Below, piece by piece: positions 20,277 to 28,400 of a stretch of 64,000 nucleotides of DNA; position 1 is the first letter of the stretch, and each line of letters begins with the position of its first letter. The notes below the pieces were generated by a model, which did not search any database, had not been told where the DNA came from, and saw only the letters and a program-made list of their open reading frames with translations. Source of the stretch: Bacteroidota bacterium (lineage in GTDB: Bacteria > Bacteroidota > Bacteroidia > Chitinophagales > BACL12). Location: assembly GCA_016715425.1 (NCBI GenBank), contig JADKAC010000008.1, positions 239,853-303,852 of the forward strand. Direction: 5' to 3'. Both the position numbers and the translations under genes were made by a program.

Positions 20277-21587
20277 TTATTCAACTACTTTTCTACCGAT
20301 ACTTTCATAATAAAATCCCTGTGATTTTATTTCCTGTAAATCAAACACATTGCGTCCATCGAAAATAATATGTTGGCGCATCATGCTGCGCATCATATCA
20401 AAATCAGGAGAGCGGAATACATTCCATTCAGTAATAATTACCAATGCATCTGCATCTTGCAGCACATCATATGCATTTTGTGCAAACTGAATTTTATCAC
20501 CATAAATTTTGCGCACATTATCCATTGCTTCAGGATCAAATGCATGTATTGTTGCACCGAGTTTTAATAATGCATCAATAATATAAATTGCAGGTGCTTC
20601 ACGGATATCATCTGTATTCGGTTTAAATGCCAAACCCCATATTGCAATATTTTTTCCACTTAATTTATTACCGAATTTATTTTTAATTTTTTCTACAAGA
20701 ATTGTACGTTGCTTGTCGTTCACTTCAATTACACTTTTCAACACATGAAAATCATAATCATTTTCATTTGCAATATGATTCAGTGCTTTCACATCCTTCG
20801 GAAAACAACTGCCGCCATAACCCACACCCGGAAATAAAAAACGTTTTCCAATTCTTGAATCACTGCCAATTCCTTTGCGCACCATGTCCACATCTGCACC
20901 TACTATTTCACACAAATTTGCAATCTCATTCATAAATGTAATCTTGGTTGCAAGAAAAGCATTTGCCGCATACTTGGTTAATTCTGCAGATCGTTCATCC
21001 ATAAAAATTACGGGATTTCCCTGACGTACAAATGGAGCATACAAACGATTTAAAACCTCTTTTGCTCTTTCGCTTTCTGTTCCAATAACTACACGTTCGG
21101 GTTTCATAAAATCTTCTACCGCCACACCTTCTCTTAAAAATTCAGGATTGGAAACTACATCGAAATCTACAGTACAATTTTTTGCAATTACATCACGCAC
21201 TTTTTCTGCTGTGCCCACCGGTACTGTACTTTTATCAATAATAATTTTATACTCCTTAATTAATTTACCCAACTGTTCCGAAACTTGTAATACATATTGC
21301 AAATCCGCAGAGCCATCTTCATTTGGTGGAGTGGGCAATGCAAGAAATATTACTTCGCTATTGTCAACTGCAAATTGAAGATCAGTGGTAAAAGTTAAAT
21401 TACCTTGTTCGATATTGCGTGAAAAAATTGTTTCTAATCCCGGTTCATAAATTGGTATTTCACCATTTCGCATGCGCTCTACTTTCTTTGCATCTATATC
21501 TACACATATCACATGATTCCCTGTTTCAGCAAAACAAGTTCCTGTAACAAGACCAACATAACCCGTTCCTACAACTGCTAATTTCAT
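20277..21587 (-). CDS. ugd: UDP-glucose 6-dehydrogenase
   Basis: MKLAVVGTGYVGLVTG NAD motif, catalytic-Cys region GYGGSCFPKDV, and C-terminal GLAFKPNTDDIREAPA. Confidence 0.9.
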   Translation of the reverse strand: MKLAVVGTGYVGLVTGTCFAETGNHVICVDIDAKKVERMRNGEIPIYEPGLETIFSRNIEQGNLTFTTDLQFAVDNSEVIFLALPTPPNEDGSADLQYVLQVSEQLGKLIKEYKIIIDKSTVPVGTAEKVRDVIAKNCTVDFDVVSNPEFLREGVAVEDFMKPERVVIGTESERAKEVLNRLYAPFVRQGNPVIFMDERSAELTKYAANAFLATKITFMNEIANLCEIVGADVDMVRKGIGSDSRIGKRFLFPGVGYGGSCFPKDVKALNHIANENDYDFHVLKSVIEVNDKQRTILVEKIKNKFGNKLSGKNIAIWGLAFKPNTDDIREAPAIYIIDALLKLGATIHAFDPEAMDNVRKIYGDKIQFAQNAYDVLQDADALVIITEWNVFRSPDFDMMRSMMRQHIIFDGRNVFDLQEIKSQGFYYESIGRKVVE

Positions 21588-21615
21588 TTATATTTTTATT
21601 TTTTATAAGCAGGCG

Positions 21616-21623
21616 CAAAGTTA
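21616..21623 (-). promoter_or_regulatory. Bacteroidota-type -7 box (TAnnTTTG) for ugd
   Basis: The reverse strand reads taactttg, with 28 nt between the box and the ugd ATG (21587). Confidence 0.3.
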
Positions 21624-21626
21624 GTT

Positions 21627-21634
21627 TAATTTTG
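21627..21634 (+). promoter_or_regulatory. Bacteroidota-type -7 box (TAnnTTTG) for the divergent hypothetical gene
   Basis: taattttg, with 15 nt between the box and the ATG at 21650. It is back-to-back with the ugd box. Confidence 0.3.
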
Positions 21635-21649
21635 ACGGAACATTTACCA

Positions 21650-22222
21650 ATGAGCGACGAACTAACTTCTCTATTCGAATTTTCAGAAAACCCTGCAAAG
21701 CCTTTCCTGCATGAGGTTTTAAAGCGTGATGCAGACTATGATAGTGCATTGCAAGCATGGATATTTTCGGATAGATATGCAGATATAAAACAATTGCTTC
21801 ATCAATATTTTGTATTGCATGACGACACCGGAATTAATCATACATTCGAACGTCGGCAAAACAATGCAAGCAATAATATTCGCATCACATTTACACCGGC
21901 TTATTTTGAAAAAAATGAATTGCAATTAATTGCAGATGCATGGAAACATGAATTGTTGCAGCATAATTATAAAAAGTATGTTTCGGATGTGCGCCATTTT
22001 TTGCGCAATGATTATGTTGAAATAATTGAACGCCATTATCTGAAACCAAAAATAAATCTTGACAATATTATTCTGGAACAACAATTCGGAAATATCATTA
22101 TTGAATTCCGGATGATAGATGAAAAATCATTTGATTTACAACTGCAAGTGCATTATTATTCCGGTAGAAATTATTCTGAAGCATTTCCATTTGATGATTT
22201 GCTGTCAATTCTTTTTAAATAA
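21650..22222 (+). CDS. Hypothetical cytoplasmic protein
   Basis: 190-aa ORF (the track start at 21632 is a TTG; the first ATG is at 21650). No signal peptide and no motif I recognise. Confidence 0.6.
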   Translation: MSDELTSLFEFSENPAKPFLHEVLKRDADYDSALQAWIFSDRYADIKQLLHQYFVLHDDTGINHTFERRQNNASNNIRITFTPAYFEKNELQLIADAWKHELLQHNYKKYVSDVRHFLRNDYVEIIERHYLKPKINLDNIILEQQFGNIIIEFRMIDEKSFDLQLQVHYYSGRNYSEAFPFDDLLSILFK

Positions 22223-22262
22223 CAGAAAAAAAATCCTTTGAATTACCGTATGTAACTTTACA

Positions 22263-23258
22263 ATGATGCGTGGAGCTATTGCAAATTATCCATTAGGCGG
22301 AAAATTATTTATTCTGCTCGGCTTATATCTGTTAGGTGAATCTTTGTTCAGCTATCTTGCATTATATCTCACATCTTTTATTATTCCCGATGGCAATATA
22401 CAAACGTTGGTTTTTGATATTGACAGTTACACATCTGCCGATCAATTTACGATTGCACAAGTGCAATCACTAAAATTATTTCAACTGCTTTCTTCTGTTG
22501 GCAGATTTATAATTACTCCACTTATTTTTTTATATCTGCAAAATAAATCAGTTGTTTTTTCTACAGGATTAGATAAAAAAATTAATTTCAGAAATATCGT
22601 TTTAATAATAGCTGTAATCTTATCCTCCACTGCTATTATTAGTTTTATGCAAGAGTGGAATGCTTCTTTGCATTTGCCAAATACATTTGCTGAAATGGAG
22701 CAGATGATGAAAAATCTGGAAGAGCAGGCACAGTTGCAAACAGATGCATTTTTAGGAACAACAACAATTGGTGGATTGCTGATTAATATTTTTATTATTG
22801 GTATTGTTGCGGCTGTTGGTGAAGAATTATTATTCCGGGGAATTTTGCAGCGTATCATTTATGATCATACAGGTAAATTGCATCTAGCTGTTTGGACTAG
22901 TGCATTTGTATTTAGTTTTATTCATTTGCAATTTTTTGGGTTTTTCCCACGGCTGCTTTTAGGTGCTGTTATGGGATATGTATATGGTTGGAGTGGAAGT
23001 TTAAGAGCGCCGATATTTGCGCATTTTATAAATAATACGGGAGCGGTTATTACTTATTATCTGATAAATACAAATGTATTATCCGAAAAATTTGAAGAGC
23101 CTTCCGGATGGTTGCAGGCATTGATAACACTTCCTCTATTTATAATTTTTATTTTACTTTATTATAGAAGTACAGGATATGGAAAAAGATTGGATAACAG
23201 TGTTCACTACCAGCGAACAACCGAGAGCATGGATAATGAGAACAGCTCTGGAAAGTGA
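22263..23258 (+). CDS. CPBP family intramembrane glutamic endopeptidase (CAAX protease-like)
   Basis: Multiple TM helices. Signature motifs GEELLFRG, FVFSFIHL and FAHFINN. Confidence 0.85.
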   Translation: MMRGAIANYPLGGKLFILLGLYLLGESLFSYLALYLTSFIIPDGNIQTLVFDIDSYTSADQFTIAQVQSLKLFQLLSSVGRFIITPLIFLYLQNKSVVFSTGLDKKINFRNIVLIIAVILSSTAIISFMQEWNASLHLPNTFAEMEQMMKNLEEQAQLQTDAFLGTTTIGGLLINIFIIGIVAAVGEELLFRGILQRIIYDHTGKLHLAVWTSAFVFSFIHLQFFGFFPRLLLGAVMGYVYGWSGSLRAPIFAHFINNTGAVITYYLINTNVLSEKFEEPSGWLQALITLPLFIIFILLYYRSTGYGKRLDNSVHYQRTTESMDNENSSGK

Positions 23259-23400
23259 AGGAATTAAAGTAGTGATGCTTGATAAAACAAGTAGCCCTTA
23301 TGTAAGTTTTGTTCCCGGAGAAATTGATTTAATGGTGCATACTTCTCAAGCGGAACTTGCTTTAGAAATAATTTTTAATAATGAAAATAACAACGAATAA
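23179..23400 (+). CDS. Small DUF2007-like (putative signal-transducing) protein
   Basis: 73 aa: WITVFTTSEQPRAWIMRTALESEGIKVVMLDKTSSPY...IDLMVHTSQAELALEII matches the beta-alpha-beta pattern of DUF2007-type proteins. It overlaps the CPBP gene by 80 nt in another frame. Confidence 0.7.
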   Translation: MEKDWITVFTTSEQPRAWIMRTALESEGIKVVMLDKTSSPYVSFVPGEIDLMVHTSQAELALEIIFNNENNNE

Positions 23401-23444
23401 CTGTATGTTCGAATACGTTATTTTTTAATCACAGTAAAATACAC

Positions 23445-24272
23445 ATGCAATTAACTAACCTGGGTCAAAGATTTTTTACAGCACTTTTCGGAGCAACCGC
23501 AATTATCAGTTGCATATTTATTAGTCCATATACATTTTCTGCATGTTTTTATTTACTTGCAATGCTGACGCAATACGAATATCTATTGATGATAAAGCCA
23601 TTGAAACAAGAAAACCCACAAGCACAATTACATATTGCAGGAAATCTCACCTTAGGAACCATTGTATATTTTCTTATCATGTTGATATCGTATGGAGTTA
23701 TAGGCACAAAATATTTCAGTTTATTTTTTGTGTTATTTGCTTTCATTGTCATTTTAGAATTATATAAAAATCGTCCAAACCCGTTTCAATATATTGGTCT
23801 TAGAATTATAGGTTTGGTATATGTGGTAATTCCATTTGCCTTATTAAATACTATTTCTATTTCCGCAGATAATTTTTATCCTGTAATCACTCTCGGTATA
23901 TTATTTATTATCTGGACCAATGATGTCTTCGCTTATTTCACAGGAAGAGCTTTTGGAAAAAATAAATTATTTGAGCGCATTTCACCCAAGAAAACATGGG
24001 AGGGATTTGTAGGCGGGTTTGTAGCTTCCATTGCTTGTGCATATATCTTTTCTGAATACGAATCCTTACTCACTGTAAAAGAATGGATAATTACAGGTGC
24101 ATTGGCAAGTATTGCCGGCACCTTTGGTGATTTATCTGAGAGTATGTTTAAAAGAAGTCTGCAAATTAAGGACAGCAGTGGAATATTACCCGGACATGGT
24201 GGCTTCCTAGACCGCTTCGATGCCCTATTAATAGCGGTTCCCTTTGTATATGCATGGCTCAGCCTGATTTGA
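23445..24272 (+). CDS. cdsA: Phosphatidate cytidylyltransferase (CDP-diglyceride synthase)
   Basis: Polytopic membrane protein with the signature SMFKRSLQIKDSSGILPGHGGFLDRFDALL. Confidence 0.9.
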   Translation: MQLTNLGQRFFTALFGATAIISCIFISPYTFSACFYLLAMLTQYEYLLMIKPLKQENPQAQLHIAGNLTLGTIVYFLIMLISYGVIGTKYFSLFFVLFAFIVILELYKNRPNPFQYIGLRIIGLVYVVIPFALLNTISISADNFYPVITLGILFIIWTNDVFAYFTGRAFGKNKLFERISPKKTWEGFVGGFVASIACAYIFSEYESLLTVKEWIITGALASIAGTFGDLSESMFKRSLQIKDSSGILPGHGGFLDRFDALLIAVPFVYAWLSLI

Positions 24273-24326
24273 ACCGGAATGCCATGCGAATTGTAGTAAC
24301 TTTGCCAACTCGGCTTAAAATCAGAC

Positions 24327-25019
24327 ATGGTAAAACTTATTCATAAAGAAGGCAGAAAACTCATCGTAGTTTTTTTATTCTTGCTAGTAGCATTAAATGT
24401 TTTCTTTCATACTGCATTTCCAGATAATAAAACATTACATCTCATTTCTCTAATAGTTTCATTAATTGGAGTTTTATTTACGATGATGTTTTTTCGCAAT
24501 CCGAAGCGAATTTTATTTCAGGAAGAAGGTGCAGTAATTGCGCCGGCAGATGGTAAAGTAGTGGTAATTGAAGAAACACATGAAGGGGAATACTTTGGTG
24601 ATAAACGCTTACAGATTTCTATTTTTATGAGCGTTAAAAATGTACATATTAATCGCACACCAATCAGTGGTCAGGTTAAATATTTTAAATATCATCCCGG
24701 TAAATATTTACTTGCATGGAACCCAAAATCATCAACCGATAATGAACGAACCACATTTGTAATAGAAGATGAAGATGATAATGTTGAAATATTAATGCGA
24801 CAAATTGCAGGTACTGTTGCAAGACGCATTAAGTTTTATGTAGAAGAAGGAGATGATGTTAAACAAGGAGCTGAATTCGGATTTATTAAATTCGGTTCAC
24901 GAGTAGATTTATTTTTACCTGTGGATGCACAATTAAATGTGAAAGTTGGCGATAAGGTAAAAGGCGGACAAACAATTATTGCAAGAATTCATAAACCAAA
25001 AAATCAATCCATTTTTTAA
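24327..25019 (+). CDS. psd: Phosphatidylserine decarboxylase proenzyme (short Bacteroidota type)
   Basis: N-terminal TM helices, the motif ISGQVKYFKYHPGKYL, and the self-cleavage region GFIKFGSRVDLFLP (GS site). Confidence 0.9.
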   Translation: MVKLIHKEGRKLIVVFLFLLVALNVFFHTAFPDNKTLHLISLIVSLIGVLFTMMFFRNPKRILFQEEGAVIAPADGKVVVIEETHEGEYFGDKRLQISIFMSVKNVHINRTPISGQVKYFKYHPGKYLLAWNPKSSTDNERTTFVIEDEDDNVEILMRQIAGTVARRIKFYVEEGDDVKQGAEFGFIKFGSRVDLFLPVDAQLNVKVGDKVKGGQTIIARIHKPKNQSIF

Positions 25020-25032
25020 AAAAATAATTATT

Positions 25033-25356
25033 ATGAAAAAACTATTCACAACACTTACACTCGTTTTTGCTATTAGCGCATTTGCAATGGCACAAAGTAA
25101 TTCTACAACTTCAGAAGCAACCAAAGCAACAACTACAGTGAATGCTGCGGATCATTCCCAAAGCACAAATGCAGCGGATTGCACACCTGAAAAAATGAAA
25201 GAATGTAAAGAAGGCGCAAGCAGTTCAAAATCTTGTTGCAGCAGTAAGAGTACCTCTTCAAACAGCAGTGCAGCAAGTGCTTTAGGCAAAGAAGGTGATA
25301 AAGCAAAAACTGTTTCTATTGGCGCAAGTGCTAAAAAATCTGAGAAAAGCGAATAA
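25033..25356 (+). CDS. Small secreted low-complexity Ser/Thr/Ala/Lys-rich protein with a Cys cluster
   Basis: The internal ATG at 25033 gives a classic signal peptide MKKLFTTLTLVFAISAFAMA. The mature part is low complexity with C-x6-C ... CC (CTPEKMKEC...SCCSSK). It is followed by a strong terminator. Confidence 0.6.
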   Translation: MKKLFTTLTLVFAISAFAMAQSNSTTSEATKATTTVNAADHSQSTNAADCTPEKMKECKEGASSSKSCCSSKSTSSNSSAASALGKEGDKAKTVSIGASAKKSEKSE

Positions 25357-25377
25357 CAATATCTATAAATTTTTTTT

Positions 25378-25407
25378 AAGGACACTGTGTACGCAGTGTC
25401 CTTTTTT
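25378..25407. terminator. Rho-independent terminator, bidirectional (between convergent genes)
   Basis: ttttttttaaggacactg-tgtacg-cagtgtccttttttat. A 10-bp stem has a T-run on the right and an A-complement T-run on the other strand. Confidence 0.85.
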
Positions 25408-28400
25408 ATTTAGTAATAATTATTTGTTCCAAATACACTTGTGAATCGCTTAAGATTTTTACCATGTAATTACCCGCTACATAATTCTGCATTGGAATTT
25501 GAAAATAATTATCCGGCAAAACAGAAATATTTTTTGAGAAAGTAATTCTTCCTGACAAATCATACATTTCAATAAATTCCAACGCCTCTGCACTTCTATT
25601 GTAAATTGTTAGGAATTCATTTACTGGATTTGGAAATATTGAGATGTTTGAATTTGTATTTTCACCTTCAATATTTTGGCAAATAGTAACAGTAATTAAA
25701 TCAGATGATGAGCCGGTACATGCATTCGTATCTGTGTAAGTATAGGAGATTGTATGTGTTCCAACTCCTGCAATTGATGGTGTAAATAAATTGCCAATAA
25801 CACCCGGGCCAGAATAAATACCACCGCTTGGTGAACCAGTATCTAAAGTAATTGCTGCATCTTCAATACAAATAATATCTGTACTTAGATTAAACGTTGT
25901 TACTGGTGGTGAAAAATAAATCACCAGAATAGTATCAGAGTAAGTACATCCAAATGTATTTGTAACGGTTACAGAATATGTTCCTCCATTTACAACGTAA
26001 ATATTTGAAGTGGTAGCACCGGTATTCCATAAATAGGTGCCTGATGTAATAGTGGCATCTAAGATTACAGGTGTCCCTGCGCAAAGTGCTGTATCTGCGT
26101 TTATAAAAATTTCAGGTATTTCATAAATAATAACTTCCGTTTCTTCGAAAAAATAACATCCAAAAATGTTGGTGATCTCCACACTATATATTCCAGAACT
26201 TGGTGCGATAATTTGTTGTGTGGTTTCTCCAGTGTTCCATAAATATGTTGACCCAAAATTTTCTGCATCCAATAATGCAAACTCATTTTCACAAAATCCT
26301 ATTGAGTCGTCAAATGCAATAAAAGGAGTTGCATTAAATATAACTTCAATAGAATCAGAATTTGAACATCCAAATGCATTTGTTACTTCAACCGAATACA
26401 TACCATTTGTAGTAACATATATTGTTGAGGTTGTTGCACCAGTATTCCAGAGATAAGTCCCGGAAGGAATTGCACCATCTAACAAAATAATTTCACCATA
26501 ACAGGATTCAATATCAGATCCAAGAGATATTTCTGGAATTGGAAATAAGTTAACAAATGTTTCTGCATTGTAAGTACATCCAAAATCATTTGAAATTTCC
26601 ACATCATAAATTCCTGAACTTGCCGCAATAATTTGCTGTGTCGTTTCTCCTGTACTCCATAAATATGTTGAACCAATATTTTCTGCATCTAATAAAGCAA
26701 TTTCATTTTCACAATATTCTATTGTATCCGGAAATTCAACAAAAGGAATTTCATTCAATATTACAACCACAGTATCTGCATCCGAACAACCAAAATTATT
26801 AGTTACAAATACATAGTAAGTACCACTTTCAGTAATATCAATTGTTTGAGTAATTGCACCTGTGTTCCATAAATATTCAACATCAGGAAAGCCGGAATCT
26901 AAAGTAATCACATCACCATCACAAGTTTCAATATCATCATTTAAATCAACTGTAATTGCTGGAAATATTTCTACAAAAATTGAATCTGAAGAAAAGCAAT
27001 TAAAAGTATTTGTTACTGTAACATAATACAATCCCGCTGCATCTATTTCAATTATTTGATTTGCAGAACCCGTGTTCCATAAATACTCTGCACCCGGATT
27101 TTCAGCATTAAGTAATAATGTATTACCTAAACATATTCCTGTATCCAAACCTAAATCAACTATAGGATTTGTGTGCACTGTAACTGTAACAATATCTATC
27201 GCTTCGCAGCCCGCATCATTGGTTACAGAAACACCATAATTTCCTGAAGTTGTTACAGTAATTGTTTGTGTAATTGCACCGGTATTCCATAAAAATTCAG
27301 CTTCTGAATTTCCTGCATCCAACTCAACAGATTCTCCGGAACACATAGAAATATCCTCACCTAAAAAAACAACAGGGCCAGATACCATATTTATTTCAAT
27401 TTCATCTGATGCAATGCATCCGGCAACATCAGTAATTGTTACTGAATAAATACCTGTTTCAGAAACAGTAATTGTTTGAGTTTCGGCTCCGGTACTCCAA
27501 GTAAAAGTGGCCTCAGAATTTCCAGCATTGAGCAGTATATTATTTCCTTCACAAATCATTGTATCCAAACCAAGATCAACAATTGGAACATTCACATTAA
27601 GATGAGTTATTACTGTACTATCACAACCTTCTAAGGGTGTATAATAATCATAATAATCACCTGTGGCAGTTTGATATTCACCGCCGGCAAAAAAACTTTC
27701 ACCTTCGCAAATATTTATATAATTATGAATGGTATAGGAAGTACAATACTTTGCAAGAAAACCATCCCATCCTGTAAATTCAGAACTTAAATTAAAAGTA
27801 GAAGGACCCGGATCAAAATCAACTGTTGCATCAAAGTAGCCGGTAATTAATTCAGCTCCTGAATTATCTAAATGTATTTTATACGACCAATCACTTAACG
27901 TACCACCAATTTTTTCTGCTGCAATAAATTCTCCGGCAGATGTCCATACCAAGCGATAAAAATCTGTGTAACCTGCTGAAGTCAAATTAAATACTGAACC
28001 GGAAGGATCAAAATCTGCAGTTTGTTCAAATGCTCCTGTAAAATGTATACCACCTGTTTCATCAACTTGCAAATCATTCACCGATTGAAATCCTAAACCA
28101 CCAATTCCTTTTCCCCAAACCAAGCTGCCATCACTATTATTAATTTTAATTGTAAATCCATCCACATAACCTGCAGAAATAATATTACTTATTTCGGCTC
28201 CGGGATCCGCATCCATTGTTCCTTCAAAAAATCCACCGGTAATATATGTGTTATCCAAAGTGCTTTCGGCAATTGATAGAACCTGTTCATTCATATTGCC
28301 TGAAAAAGCCACTGCCCAAATATAATTTCCATCACTATCCAATTTAAGAACAACAGCATCTGCACCAAATCCATAAGCAGTTAAATTATGTGTGGATGGA

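Noticed and set aside
23933-24328. 131-aa minus-strand ORF antisense to cdsA
   Set aside because: It is fully embedded in a gene with an unambiguous CdsA signature, so it is a shadow ORF. The same reasoning applies to 22481..22858 (antisense to the CPBP gene), 8191..8403, 19783..20112, 20370..21378 (several ORFs), 39240..39600, 40289..40842, 43233..43529 and 44037..44252.
24979-25032. Longer version of the small secreted protein ORF starting at 24979 and overlapping psd
   Set aside because: The extension (MQEFINQKINPFFKKIII) precedes a textbook signal peptide that starts at the internal ATG (25033). The longer form would bury the signal peptide and overlap the psd 3' end.
26101-26688. Two similar short ORFs (26101..26292 and 26479..26688) that look like a small paralogous family
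   Set aside because: They lie out of frame on the coding strand inside the 1251-aa cargo gene. Their similarity is a by-product of the 420-bp coding super-repeat, not evidence for real genes.
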